From positions 992,001 through 1,056,000 of the forward strand of contig MU053652.1 of NCBI GenBank assembly GCA_013239625.1: a DNA stretch of 64,000 bases. The letters run 5' to 3'. The notes beneath the pieces are model-generated. The model saw nothing but the letters and a program-made list of their open reading frames with translations. It was not told the origin of the DNA and did not search any database. Source of the stretch: Lama guanicoe (taxonomy: Eukaryota). Both the position numbers and the translations under genes were made by a program. This document shows positions 26,390 to 40,150 of the stretch, one piece after another (position 1 is the stretch's first letter; every line of letters starts with the position of its first letter).

Positions 26390-28330
26390 GGCAAAATTAC
26401 TTACGTTTAGCATAAAACATCACGAAAAGAGAACAGAGACGAAAGGACAGCAAAGACGGCAAGAAACTCTTGGAAGCTGGACAGATGACACTGAGTGGGG
26501 TTTGCTAACCCTGGAAGGGAGGCACCAAGAACACTGAAGGCAAGAATACAGGGTCAAAACGTTCAGAGTTTATTTCGGAGCCTTCATCCAACCACACAGA
26601 CGCGCAACTCCCTCCCCTCAACGCTGGCCAAAAATAGGAGGTTTAAACTGGAAGAAACGCAATTAGAATCTGGACCAGGAAATGCCAGATACATCCCAAA
26701 GGAGGGTGTGAGGCGCTGGACAGCAGGAAGCTGAAGTCAAGGTAAGTCAGCCTGCTCTGCATCCTCAACCTCCTTCCAAGGTTTGCTCTGATAATACTCA
26801 GCTCGACTTTGAGCCCCAACACAGGAAACTTACGGCTTTTCCCTGGGAAAAGAACAACCAAGTGGAAAGATCTATCGATAGTGCTATTTGAGATTTCACC
26901 AAGGCAACTGTCAGGTCCCTCTGCCCCATCACCACTAGACAAGCCCCACTACCTGCTCTGAGCTTCCCATCAGCTTTGTAGGACACCTCCCTCCATCCAA
27001 AGAGTTAGCCAAGAATCACCATACAGTCAAGGAAAGCCTGTATTAAGGAAAGATAGACATCAACACAGACAAAAAAATGCTGAGGGGTGTGGGGGGACAG
27101 AAACTAAGCAGGAAAAAGAAATTTTTAAAAGTTCTAATATCCCTTAGGGAAAAGAAGAAGGTCTTACATCAATGAAACAAGAGTAAGATACTATAAGAAA
27201 AATCAGAGAATGAAAAGCAGTTCTTGGAAATTAAATATGTGATAGAAAAAAAAATTCAATACTAAAGTTAGAAGAAATCTTTGAGGAAATTTAAAACTCC
27301 AAAGAGCAAAAAACAAGGAAAATAGGACATAGGAGGGGACTGATTGAAGAGGTCCAACACTTGCTAAGAATTCCAGGGGAGGAAAAATGAGACAGTGGAG
27401 AAAAAGAATAAAAGAAAAGAAAATGTCCCAGAGTAAAAGACATGAATTTTCAGATTCAAAAGGCAGACCAAGTGTTCAAGATCATGAAGGCGAAAAAGAT
27501 CCAAGCCAGGGCACATGATCCTGACACCATAAGAACACAAGGACCCAGAGACAATCTTAAAAGCTTTCAAAGCTGGGGGGTGGGGGAGCGCAGCCACAGG
27601 CCATACATACCAAGGATTATGAATCAGAATACATCAGATTTTCTCAACAGCAACACTAAAACCTACAAGACAACGGATTTTGAAGACACATTATTCCTAA
27701 GAGAGAATTCTTTCCGAGGAGAACTATCAATCAAGTGTGAGGACAGAATAAAGACATTTTCAGACAAGCAAACTCTCAAAAAAATAAACCTTATATGCAC
27801 CATATCTCAGCAAGCTACGGAAGAAGGTACTCCATCAATACAAGAGAAAAACAGAAGAGAAGAAACACAAGATCCAGGGAAGGCGTAAATCGATGCAGAA
27901 GAAAGGCAACGGGATTCTTCAGTCATTAACTCCAAGGCAAATAACAAAATGGTACGAGCAGAAAGAGTATGTTGGATGGCTTAGATGCACATATTTATGT
28001 TGTTATAGTAAAATGAGCACAGGCTATTTAACCAGAAACCAGGATACAACTACACAGAGAGGATGAAGGAAGAAGATGAGGTGGGGTGGGGAAAAGAGGA
28101 GACAGGGGCATAACTGGAAGTTCATATACAATGTCTAAAACAGAAAAATCAAGAAAAATAGTATAAACATATTACTTAGAAATACAAATAGCTGGTTGAA
28201 AAAACAACTAAAAGAGTTTAAGTCCATGCCTTTGAGGTGTTGGAATTGGAACTGGGTAGAATGAGACAGGAGAGTGCTAGTTTTTAATCAGCATTTGTGG
28301 TTTTATATGATTTTTTTAAACACATTTTCA
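26390..28330 (+). mobile_element. HAL1 / L1 ORF1-like fossil
   Basis: ORF 27442-27888 carries ORF1p-like motifs (NFQIQKA, SDF, LSIKCEDRIKTFSDKQTLKK), with no ORF2 following. A-rich plus strand. Confidence 0.7.
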
Positions 28331-28959
28331 ACATCATTCCTCAATCTTCTTGGAGTTCCTGGTCTCTGGGTTAACAACTCTAGCTATTAAATCCATTCTA
28401 TTTCAAATCTTGGTTAAAATCTATCAGAAACTGATTTCTGATATTCTTCTCCTATCACCTTGGTTCTTTACTTCTCAGCTTTATCCCCTGTGTTTAATGG
28501 TTACTATGGAAACAGTTAAAAATACATTTTATGTCATACAACACCCAACTAGGCTCCTGATCAAGAGAGTGGGAGATAAACTTAGAGTGTCAGGAAAGTT
28601 TGGCAAACTCCTTTCTAATGGGAAAAAGACCACTATGGCATTTCACACTAGGATATATACAATGTAATCCACTCACCCCTTTTTGTTTACTACATGGAAG
28701 GAAAATGAAAAGGAAGATAGAATTTCTGTGTGTATTTGGGGGTCGGGAAGATGGCATCAGGATGTGTGGAAAACAAACATCAACAAAATTATTCCCTCAA
28801 CTGAGTTTAGCCAAAGCTACAGATCTAAGAAGCTACAAGAACTTTTAATACTAATTTGCCCTGGGCCTTCGGCTTTTTGATTAGAAAGTCAGAGTTATGA
28901 AGAAATGTTCTTTTAAAGCTCGGGGTCGGAGGGGACATTAGCCAGCAGTAAGATAAGAA

Positions 28960-29240
28960 ACATGAAGAATCATGAAGCTGAGCAAAAGTTGTCAGACATA
29001 AAAGAGTATATACTGTATGAAGTTCTAGAACAGGCAAAAAGAATGTAGAGTAATAGACAGGGTTAAAATCAGCAGCTGTTTGGAGCTGGATGGGGTGGGG
29101 GGTATTGCCTGCAAAGCAGGAGGGAACTCTCTGGGGTGATGGTAACACACTCAAGGATACATACATTTGCCAAAACTCACTGCATTGAACTGTACTCTAA
29201 AAAATAATGCATTTTATTGTATGTAAACTATAGCTCAACA
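28960..29240 (+). mobile_element. Old L1 3' UTR (L1MC/ME-like)
   Basis: AGACATAAAAGAGTATATACTGTATGA...GGAGGGAACTCTCTGGGGTGATGG...ATTGTATGTAAACTATAGCTCAA. Confidence 0.75.
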
Positions 29241-29593
29241 AATATGATTTTTAAAACAGGTTGGAGAGAAACAGGAGTATGTCCATTAATGAATATGTAA
29301 GAAGGGTACCATCTTACACCTAAACCTTTACTTCTCAAATGCCGATTCTTTTAGAAATGCAGTGACAGCATCTTAATTACATTCTACTTAATTTATCAGC
29401 ATAATTAAGATTGAAAAGTTACATTACTGTTTCTTCCTTAAATAAATTCATGAAGAGTCAAGCTTTTCAAATCATGACATCAAAACCCAAGAAATCCTTC
29501 CTCAAACCCAAGTTTCCTTTGCTTCCTAAGAATTCTAGCAACTTCAGTTGCTCCTAATCACCTGTTCAGCAATAGCAAAAATTTCAGTTTCAA

Positions 29594-29828
29594 GACTCAC
29601 AGACATAGAGAACAGACTTATGGTTAGCAGCAGGTAAAGAAGGTGGGAAAAGATAAATTGGGAGTTTGGAATTTTCACCTCTTGGGGAGTGATGGAAATG
29701 TTAGCTATCTTGATTGTGGTGGTGTTTCCTCAGTGTATACATCTATCAAAATTCATCAAACTGTACATCTGAAATATGTGTAGTTTACTGTACAGAATTT
29801 ATATGACAAAAGTTGTTTAAAAAAAGAA
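29594..29828 (+). mobile_element. Short L1 3'-end insertion
   Basis: GACTCACAGACATAGAGAACAGACTTATGGTT start, A-rich end, AGTTTCAA on both flanks (29586-29593 and 29833-29840). Confidence 0.8.
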
Positions 29829-31779
29829 TACTAGTTTCAATAAAAATGAACTTCAATAAACAAGTTAGTCTAATTAGAGACTTTTTAATTGGTGACTTTA
29901 AAAAGAGAGAGTAAGGCACACAGGGCCCAAGAGGTCATCATGAATGGATACAGGAGAGGATGAAGCAAGCAGGGAAACAGACTTCAGCAACTCTGCCTTG
30001 GGAAGTATCAAGAGAGGGAAATGAACGGGGGGCCTCTGAATAACACTGTGGGAGCATTTGACAGAGGAGGATGCTGATGGAGGCACAGGGCAGGTGGTGG
30101 AGGCCTTAACTCTTAAGTCGTAAAATCAGAAAAGCATTGAACTTGATCAAGGATAAGACAAGGGGAGGAGGAGAATGCCTTTGAGTGTGCGTATTATCTG
30201 TAATAAAGCACTATCAATGTGCAAGCACCTCATCGAAAACTGTACACTAGAAATAGCCTGTACAGTTCCCCATATGCAAGGGATAGTAAACGAAAATTAA
30301 TGTAACAACCAACATTAATTCTAAAAGTACAAAATACCGTATTTTCTCCTTTTTGTAGTCAAAATGAATCTACATATAAGCATTTTTCATGGGTATCCTA
30401 AACACGTGACCAACACACATTTTTCTTCCCATAGGCTTATATATAGAAAGTGCCTAGAGAGAATGAACTTCAGAAACACTACTCCATGTTTGGTTTAAAA
30501 GCCCTTTAGAGCTATGGATCATTTTTAAATTACCCTCAAACTTCTATTTCCTGTGCTTTTTGCCCCTTAGTTTTTTAGCTTCCATTCTAAGGTCTTAAAT
30601 TCTCTGAGAGGTTCCACTCAACCCTTTCTAAAGGCAGTGCTTTCCTTCTGAGTTGCAGAGTCTGGATACAGTACACAAATTCAGATACAGTTAAACTTGA
30701 TGAAAAAATTTCCTCATAGTTCTTGTGACCACATCACAGCACTCCAGACTACCGCTCAGATTTTTCAACTACAGTGTCTCATCATTGCTCTCCGTTTCAC
30801 ATGTCCATTTCTGGGCTTTTTCCCCTTTCTTATACAAGCAGCTAGGATTTTCTATCTTATATCCGGACTTAAATAACTTCTTACCAAAACCATGTTGTTT
30901 GACTCTGACTTTTTTTTTATATTAAGGTTATTCTTCATTCTAATTCTACTGCTCAAGGTATATTTTCATATACAAAGTCACAACACTATTTGAGTTAAAT
31001 GTTAAGTAATGGATGTTGTATTACTCAAGGATTAAGCCCTAATGAATTCTTCAATCATCACATATGGTTATTTCCAATTACAGGCAAGAAAAATGACTTA
31101 AGAGCTTGATCTAGCACCAACAGAAGTGCCAAAATCAGGGCAAAATGTAAAGGGTTTATGCACACATCACAACAGAGACGAGCATCTATGTTTTCCCTTC
31201 AGCCTACCTGCTTCTATAATAAGCATGAGATGGATACTTAGTATCTTTAAAGAAATCTAATGTCATCTCATCTACCTAGTACAGGATGGAAGAAACACTC
31301 AAAATCAAATACTACCAAGAAGCATCACCTGTACGGCGGAAGCCTCCAAGTTGTATCCACTCATATTCACCTATTTTGGTGGTGCTGCTGCTATACCAGT
31401 CATTATTATGAGAGACACTGACGGAACCAACGGATTCTGAAGTTTTCTAACGTAACATCTCACCTGTATTCAACAGTAATAGGATAGCCCAAGTATTTTG
31501 CTTGTTATCCACATAACTGACCTGATCAATTGTACATGGTGTTTTATTTGCACATATTTTTTTAGTCTAGAAAAAATGCCAATTGGACTTGACTGGTGTC
31601 AAGAAGTTCGGAACATCTGGGAAGAGTCAGATTCATCTGTCAGCTCACATTATCCTCAAGGACATAGATTCTGACAATATAACATAAACCCGTCCATGAA
31701 ACAAATTCCAAATACACATACCAAAATAGGAAATGTGAATAGTTTTGTGCTCAAGCTTTTAAAGGTAACAAAGCACGAA

Positions 31780-32592
31780 TATGAATATCTCTCGTCTGCC
31801 CTGGCCCCCACTAAAATCTATTCTCATTATAGCAGCTCAAATAGCCCTTTTAAAATGTTAGACACCACATGTCATTCTTGGGCTCAAAACCTCACCACCA
31901 TTTCCCATCATACCCAGAGTCAAAATCAAAGTCCCTACAGGGATCAAGACCCCACATCACCTTCTCCCTCTGCCACACCTCCTCTTCCCCGCACTCCTCT
32001 CTCTGGCCACTCTCCCCACTTCCCTCTGTGCTCCAGCCCCCTGTCCTCCTTGCAGCTTTCCCCAAGTTCCAACCCTGTTCTTGTTTCAGGATCTTTCTGT
32101 ACCTGATATTCCTTCTTCCTGAGGTGATTTTCCAGACTGTCCCTCAGCTCCTTCAGGTGTTGGCTCAAATGTAACTGCAGTGAAGCCTTTCCTGACCTCC
32201 CTATTCAAAACTCCCTATTCTTTTTCCTTGCCTTTTTTTCCCCAGTGCAGCATTTCTTACCATCTGTTATGCCCTCTTTTACTTATCTATTAATTTATAG
32301 CCTGTCTCCCTTGACTAGAATATAAACTCCACAAGGACAGGCATTTTTGTCTGTTTAATTCACCTCTATACCCCAAAAACTAGAGCAAAGCTCAGCACAA
32401 AACAGACACTTCTTACACAGAGACTAAATCAATGTTGCTAAATTCCATTTGTTTTCCTCTCTCCACCCACTAGCATGTAAGCTCCACAAGGACAAGGACT
32501 GATATTTTCCATTATATGGAAAGCTAAAAAGTTCAGCACCTAGGACAGCACCAGGCACACAGCTGGCACTCAACAAATATTTGTTGAATGAT
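31780..32592 (+). mobile_element. L2 LINE 3' region (two successive 3'-end copies)
   Basis: GCTCAAATGTAACTGCAGTGAAGCCTTTCCTGACC; GACTAGAATATAAACTCCACAAGGACAGG and CTAGCATGTAAGCTCCACAAGGACAAGG; ends AAATATTTGTTGAATGA. Confidence 0.8.
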
Positions 32593-34344
32593 TCGTTACA
32601 TTCTTTGACAGAAAGCAGGAAGAAAATTTCAACTCAGATCTACACATTCGCAACAACTTCCTTGGCACTGAAATAATGTCATCCAATGATTATTGACTCC
32701 TCCCCATTTTTAATTTAAAAATATACGTACTTGTATTTTGTATATAATCGAAAGTGCAATTAAAACCCAAAAATGACATGGAAAGATTGGTGAAGAAATA
32801 GTGGTTCCTTGGCAATAAGAAATGGACTTTCACTATAACTCAAAAGAAAAAAAAACAGAAAGGGACTTTAACAGTACAAAATTATCAAGTTATACAATGA
32901 AAAATTCACCTTCACTTTTCCCTAGTATCTTTCTTCTCCCCTTTATCAATTAAAGGCTTTTCTGAAAAGAAATTTACCCTTTTCTTTCTCTTGCCAATAC
33001 TGAAGCTAATTCCTAATAGTTCTGTGACATTTACTTTAACAACTGTCTGATATAGTAAACAAAAAGCTTTCTTTTTCATTGTTTCCTTTTGCTCAAAATT
33101 CGGGCATCCTTAAAAATGAGGAGGGTGAAAAGACTGTGGCTGCTAAAACAAATGTGAAACCATCAAGATGAGACTCTCTTTTTCAGTGCCAGCAAACACT
33201 CTTTGTTTGGGCAAAGATGCTATCGACTCAAGAGTGATAGGGAATGAAGGCAGAAACCACTGCAGTGCTTCCTTTGAGATCAGGACAAAGTCTTTCCAGT
33301 CAAGCAGACTAATCGGAAAACACAAATACCAAAAGGTCCTTCACCCTTACTGTGATTACCCGAGGCAGAGCCAGAAGGTCAGCAGCTGTATACGTTCATT
33401 TTCTGTCCCCTCTCAAGCTTAGTATATTGGGTCAAAATGGACTACAGTTTACTTGAAATCTACAGCAGCTGATCTATAGCTTTACCTAGTTTCACAGATA
33501 AATCCATAGGATGAACTCACCACTTGTAAAGGTTAAGAATTATAGTACTGCCTTTGAAAATGCCCAGTTAATTTTAAAATAGAAAGAGGCCAGCACATTG
33601 CTTTAAAAAAGGTTAAGAGTCTCCTAGTTGTGGAACTATACTCTTAAAGGCTGAATCTTGTAACAGCTTTCTTACAAGAGTAACTTACATATCTGCTTAC
33701 CAGATCGTAATGTAAGGGTTAGAAGGCAGGGAAGAAAACATGTGAGGATACCACAAGCACAGCCATTACCAGGCAGGTACCATCCAGAAAATGCCTTAAC
33801 CAATCGACTAGCACAGGGCAGTGCTGCAAATAGTCTATGCAGTGCTCTGGCCACAGAGGTGCTTGAAGGTCAGCTGCTGAGTGCTAAGGAGGGGACCAAG
33901 CATAGGACTCTGCAGCTCTCACCCCAAACAAGAGGGGAGTGGTATGTTGGAGTTCTGCAGAATGTCTCATTTACACCAAAGTGGGGGAATACTGTTTTCC
34001 AGATGTCTGAAACCCAGCAGCAAGGACCTCAGAGCAGAGACCAGGGTTCAGATCCTAAGTTTGTCAACTGAGGAAAAGACATCATCATGCCTGGCAAGGA
34101 ATCAGTGCTCAGTAAGTGGTAGCAATTGTTATTTATCAGACAGCAGTAATACCAGGTGTTAAAGGAGTGACCCTCGAAATACACAGCCAAGAACCATGTA
34201 ACTATGATGTGACATTACATAACCTTTATTTAATTAGTGCATCCCTTGGCCAAAAATAAAAATACCCCTCATGAACCCACTTTATCCTTTAGGAACTAAA
34301 GATGTGGCACTCAGGAACCAACAGGTTTTCAAAGACCAACCACA

Positions 34345-34445
34345 GAAGGAAGGAGGTGAAGAAGGAAGGAAGGAAAGGACAGGACCAACAAGAGGGAAGA
34401 GAGGGGAGGAAGAGGGAAGGGAGAAAGAAAAAGAGTGAAAGAGAC
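34345..34445 (+). repeat. Purine-rich (GGAA/GGGA) low-complexity tract
   Basis: Directly visible. Confidence 0.75.
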
Positions 34446-35077
34446 AAGGAACAGCTCCAAGATATGAAAGACAGTCACAAAATAAAAACTAATACATGCT
34501 TGTCACTACTAAAGAATGATATTCAAGAATTTCAGTATTTATAAATATTCCACTATATGTTTAAATAACTTGTAAACTAGATTTTCTTCACTATAATTAC
34601 CAAGAATGTACCAGGATGGCAGAGAAACCACAGCTTCAAATGGGGATGACATACTCAAAACCAATTTTTTTTTTTACACATTTTCAACTGCTATAGCAAT
34701 ATACACACATACAAAATGTGTGACGTGGGCCCTTTAAATCCATCTGATACACTATAATGAGAGCCTCCAACAGTAAGAGACCCTGGAGTCTTAAAAGAGC
34801 TTCCCTTTCAGGTTTCCTCAAGGTGAGGCCATCTCCTCTGTGTCCCATCACACTGCAGGGGAAAGTAATGGCAGAAACCAAAGATTAGACATAGGGGAGA
34901 AAAACAGCAAGGCCAAGATACCCTCTGTCTTCCTCTTCATCTGCACAACTCCTGAAAAGCATCAGTCTGAATCAATCGTTAAGGCCATTACCACTGCCAA
35001 GGCACCTCCCCAAGCTACAACCCCTGGACTAACCAAAGGTGCGACCATCACCAGACACCAGAGGCACGGAGGCTCAC

Positions 35078-35267
35078 CTGCTTTATTTTGTTTCGGGAGT
35101 TGGTGATGCGTTCAGTGATGCTCTGGTACGTACGAATGGCTGTGGTCAATTCTGTGTAGTGCTGCACGATCAGTTCATCCAGGTCGCGGTCACACTTCTC
35201 ATAGGCTTCTTCCAGCCGCCCCTTCTCGTTTTCTCTGTCCTCAACATCATCACTGGTAGACAGGGTC
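35078..35267 (-). CDS. EXOC4: EXOC4 coding exon 2 (190 nt)
   Basis: (R)[63 protein letters not shown]. Acceptor CCAG|G, donor CAG|GTGAGC. Phase matches exon 1 (86+190=276). Confidence 0.97.
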
Positions 35268-35549
35268 CTGGTCAAGACAGAATGTATCAAGCTGAGTCAA
35301 ATTTAAAACCAGAAAGTAGAAGAAAGATGAGGTAGTCAATGAGAGCACATGCATCTAACCAGGAAATGGAACAAGTTACTAAGAGAAAATACAAAACCAC
35401 CCGTATAGTCAATTCCAGTAGCAATCTAAGTGGATTTATTGGTGGCCGATCCAAGAAGTCTGTCCTTTCACTTTTCCCCTTGGCATAGTCAGGTACCAGG
35501 CAACATGAACTTGGCAAGAGTCTGGGCAGGTTTCAATTTATTTGAGTGA

Positions 35550-35880
35550 ATCCTAGTATTTCCAGTTCCCTTACCAGTGAGAGGTCTGGCCAATGAGACC
35601 TAAGGACTTCTAGGAAGAGTTTTCTTGCAGGGGAAGCAGGCCCATTTTCCCAACACTGGGTCTGGTTATACAAAGCTAAGATACTCAAACAAGTTAGCCA
35701 TCTTACAACCCTGGAAGGGAAAGCCAAGAGAAATGCCAGCTACCACCATTACATCATTGGGCTATGGAAGCAGCCAGTAGTCAGCTGCCTTATCTCTAGA
35801 CTTCTTCTGGGAAGATAATAAATATCCATTTCTTAAGTCACTTTCACTTGGTCTTCTTTTCATGTACAGCCAAACACTAT
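35550..35880 (+). mobile_element. Ancient ERVL LTR (LTR16-like), degenerate
   Basis: CTGGCCAATGAGACCTAAG, CTCTAGACTTCTT...AATAAATATCCATTTCTTAAGTCACT, TACAGCCAAACAC. Confidence 0.55.
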
Positions 35881-37848
35881 AAAACTGCTCCTATGCTGAG
35901 GAACCACTTTGCAAACAGTTCATTCAAATGACCTGAATTTGGTACAGAGCCCCCAGCGGCCTGGAAATCAGGTCACAGTAATTCTAAAACCCATTACAAC
36001 GGCAATAATATCAGCTATACTACAAGACAGCCCCTGCATTTACCATTCTTCCAACAGTACTAACAAGACTGATACGAATCAACAATAAGCAGGGAACGAG
36101 ATAGATACACTTATTAAAAATCTTTCAATAACTTAGTTTGATACATGGGCCACAGATCTTTGTTTCCTCCATTATCTTTCTTGGATAATTTTTTTTAATT
36201 TAGTGTTATAATCAGTAACAAAGAAACCTTTTTCTCTTATCTGTTGGCTGCAGTAATTTAGAGTTTCATTAAATTCCCTCGGATTTGTCAGCTTATACAT
36301 TCAGCATACTTTGTTTCATTTATCTTTTTTAATTTAGGGAGGGGGTAGTTTAGGCTCTCAGTGATGGATGTAATCAATTATAAGTCCATCATCAGAACTG
36401 CTTTCAGAGATGGTCTGTCAGTGAATCAATCACATATCCCCTTTTAGATTTTTGCTGGCAAAATACTGTAGAACAGTCTTCTCCAAACTGTCATTTAGAG
36501 TAAAAGATGTTAATTTGTGAGTCACATAATACATAAAACTTCATTTTCAATTTAGGGGGGGATTCAGCAGGCCAGTCTCTGACTGCAATCTAACCTCTAG
36601 AAAGAATTCTCTAAATGTGTTAAGGTAGTCAAGAGATGGGGTCCAGCATGAAATGGAGGTGGGGAGGGTGGGGACAGAAATTCAATGAAGGACTGCCGGT
36701 AATTTAATGGTAAACACTCAGAAAGGCAATGCAGTGGGAACCCCAAGACTTGAAGGAAGGCCTTTACCATGCCAGGTCCCATGCCCACCTCTGTCAACTG
36801 GTGAGCCTATACCAGGCCATTACCAAGCTTAATTTCAGGTAGAAAATACCACACAAGCATTTGAGTAATATAGGTAATCAGAGTAGCAAACTTAGGGGGA
36901 ATCTGGTTTCAAGGATGGACCTACCAATATTACTTGCAATATTTGGGTCCCGGGTGGCTAAGCATGCCTTCCTGTTGTTTCTACAACACAAAACTTTGCT
37001 CTTTTCATCTGAAACCTTCCAGGCTATTGTTAAGTAAAGCACAATTAGAAAATAATTTCAAATTATCAAATAACTTCAATTTATCAACAGTCCCAAAGGG
37101 AAGAGTTCCTAGATACTTAACTCTATTTCCCCCTTGTCACAGCAAACAGCCACAGACTTTTCAAAGCTACAGTGGATCAGTCTGCCATCTTTATGATGCT
37201 TTGCATAATTTCCTCTCCACCACCATTTGTGGAAAGAAACATGTCCAACAGTCACACTGTTTATATCAACTACCACAATTACCATTAAGGAAAACAGGCT
37301 GAAAGACAGGACACCTTCTTGGGCATCACCTGTCACTGTAACATATTACTACCGCATTAGGAATTATTCAGAAAACAGAAAGGGTTACTAAAATGAAGAT
37401 GACATAGTAAATCGGGCCTATAAGGGGTGGGTTTCAGCTCCTATTTTCATTTTCAGAGACAGTATTTATATAAGGAAATCGTCTGAGCCATCTTTGCCCC
37501 ACATATGAAATTCATCCTCCTGATGTAAACTGGGCTGAGTGACATTTTGCCTTTAGTCAAAAACACTTACATTAGAGAACTCCGAGAGAACAAAACTGTT
37601 AAAAGGTTTGGGGGTTTTGTAATTAGAGAATAGAAAAGCAGTGATAATAATAGCCACTAACATCTAGAGAGGCTGCATTTTATAGATGGTTAATCCTCAG
37701 AACAGCCCACTGGAGCAGGTCCTGTTAGCATCCTTCCTCTGCTTTTTACAGATGAAGCAGCTAAGATGTGAAGAGGGTACATTAATTTGCCCCACCTCAC
37801 AATGAGGGTAAGGGGTAGTACCGTCTGTTTTTAGATTATGCTCCCAAC

Positions 37849-37956
37849 GGGTGGGTAATAGCTCAGTGGCAGAATGTGTGCTTAGCATGCACGAGGTCCT
37901 GGGTTCAATCCCCAGTACCTTCATTAAAAAAAATAATTTTTAAATTAAAAAAAAAA
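37849..37956 (+). mobile_element. tRNA-derived SINE (camelid-type)
   Basis: A box TAGCTCAGTGG, B box GGTTCAATCCC, A-rich tail, 16-bp TSD AGATTATGCTCCCAAC / AGATTACACTCCTAAC. Confidence 0.9.
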
Positions 37957-37974
37957 AGATTACACTCCTAACTG

Positions 37975-38160
37975 ATAGAGTCATGGGCTCTTCAACCGAA
38001 CTGCCTAGACTAGAACCCTGGCTCCCCCATTTACTGCCCATATGACCTTGGTCAGAGTATCTCATTTTGCTCACCTATACAATACGGGTAGTAAGTATAC
38101 CTTCCTTACAGGGTTGTAGCTGAGAATTAAATGAGATCAGACAAAGCCCAGCTTATCAAT
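37975..38160 (+). mobile_element. MIR SINE
   Basis: GAACTGCCTAGACTAGAACCCTGGCTCC...TGACCTTGG...CAGGGTTGTAGCTGAGAATTAAATGAGAT. Confidence 0.7.
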
Positions 38161-38366
38161 AGCACTGGCGATGGTGGCTGGCTGTCACTGTAATAACAGC
38201 AGTAGTTACAGCGGTCCAGGCAGTGGCAGTTTTCCCAAATGTCATGGAAATGACACCCTTTGGAGACAAAAGGTTCAGATTCCATCAACCCCAAACACTA
38301 GATCATTTGGCCCTGGGCCTGGGTTTTGACCTCTCTTTCACCTTACTCCTCCTTAACGTCAAGAAT

Positions 38367-38830
38367 TGTGAAGACTCTGAGATTTTATCCTACACAAGCT
38401 AACAAGTTAGCCTGCCACAGTGTCATGGATGTTTGTAGAAGTCACAAAACCTGGGTCGGAAGCTAAGGATTTAATTATTCATAGCACAGCAAGCAGCAGG
38501 AGCATCAGCCTACTTGTAACAGTTCTCCTTGCCTCCAAGTCCCATGGGCATCAGGCAGATGGGCCCAAGTGAATGCCTGCAGATGAAATCTGAGCTTAGA
38601 AAACTGAATCTCTTATACTGGACGGTAAATATGCCTGCCTTTTGCTCTGGAGGGAGGTATTATCTCTATCTTCCAAACACCCAAACATGTCAAACACACA
38701 TTCTCGACGAAGACGGTCTAAAATAGGCACCAGTGCTCTGCTCACAAGAACTTCAAAACACAATCCTCCCAGGGAACCGAATTCATTAGGTTCCTCCAGG
38801 GACTGCACGGTGTCAAGCAAGAGTAGACAA
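38367..38830 (-). mobile_element. ERVL-class solo LTR (MER74/MER73-like)
   Basis: Start CTCTGAGATTTTATCCTACACAAGCTAACAAGTTAGCCTGCCACAGTGTCATGGATG resembles the antisense 3' end of this LTR group. Right boundary is uncertain. Confidence 0.6.
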
Positions 38831-39924
38831 TAAACAAAGATTCATTTCCAACCTGTTTCCTTTTCTGCAAAGTGAGACCACAATAAATATTTGCAAAATG
38901 AAAGAATGATAGACAATAAGAGCAGATTAATTCTAGGGAGAAAGTTCCCCCACGTGCTACAAAAACCCAGCAGATTTCAGTGCAGGACTATCCCACTGGT
39001 AGCCGGACACTTGAGCTGAACTGATAGCAGGGTAGGAGAGAAATCGTGTCATCCAGCTTACCCCGCCAGCCAGGTCAGGAACCTCTCCTCAGCCTTCTAA
39101 GCCTCTCTGTTCCAGGGAAAGCTCACGAGCTCACAGAGCCTTTCACTGCAATTTTGAACAGCTCGACTTGTTACAAAGCCTTTTATTTAAATAAAATAAA
39201 ATCAGCCTCTTTGTAATGTCTACCCACGGATCCTAGTTCCACCTTTTTCAGTGAGTCTATTCCCTCTCCCATAAAGTTTCACTCTAAATGGTAAAGGACT
39301 CTCAATACTTCTTTCTTCTCAGGTTCAACACCTCCAATTTCTTCAGTTGTTTCTTCCACAACATGGTTTCCATGCAGCCCATCATCCTTGCTAATTTCTT
39401 TCAGTCCCCTTGAAAACGGTAACACCCATGTATGACTTACTACATACCTGCACTAGTCTAAGTGGTTTACACATAATAATTCATTTGTTCCTGCAACAAC
39501 CTTGTGAACTAGGTCCACTGTTCCCCCTTTTTACATATGAAGAGACTGAGCTGTGTGTTCGAGAACTTTTAAGTACCAGAGCCAGGCCTCCAATCTGGAT
39601 ACTCTGGCTCTTAAAAGGTTCCCTATCCTGCCTTTCAAGATGTGGTACTCAGAACCGACACAACATATGGTGTGACCAGTCCAAGCAGGAAAAGGTTTTA
39701 TATCCCATAATATGGGCACTATATTTCTAATAATGTAGACTTAAATGACATAGCATTTTTGTAAATATTGAGTCCAAAAATTATCCAAGATCCCTCTGAC
39801 AGTAATTGCTGAGAAGCTCTCATCCTATACTTGAGAAATTTTAAAACTAAATGCACAAATATACATGCATCCCTGTGCCCTACACCTTGGGAAGGGAAGC
39901 TGCAAGTGAGGCACATGATATAAA

Positions 39925-40150
39925 TTACTGAGTGTCTATCTTATACACCAGACAACGCAGTGGTTATTTTGCGCACAGTCTACAGCAATACTAAAAATGG
40001 TCTGGTAAGGCAGCATCACTGCACTTTTTACAAATAAGAAATCAGAGGAACAGAGAGGTAAAGTAACTTGCACACATGTATACAGCTAACAACTTCAGTA
40101 CTGGAATTAAAGCTAAGTATACTTGACTCCAAAGCCCACACCCTTCCCAC
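39925..40150 (-). mobile_element. MIR SINE
   Basis: TTTTACAAATAAGAAATCAGAGGAACAGAGAGGTAAAGTAACTTGC...TGACTCCAAAGCCCA. Confidence 0.75.

Noticed and set aside
27442..27888. 148-aa ORF as a domesticated L1 ORF1 gene
   Set aside because: ORF1p similarity is patchy, implying frameshifts, and it sits in a decayed HAL1/L1 fossil with no promoter or splice support.
37849..37925. Possible tRNA gene (also at 42859 and 50747)
   Set aside because: A and B boxes are present, but A-rich tails, TSDs on two copies and the lack of a proper acceptor stem indicate SINEs.
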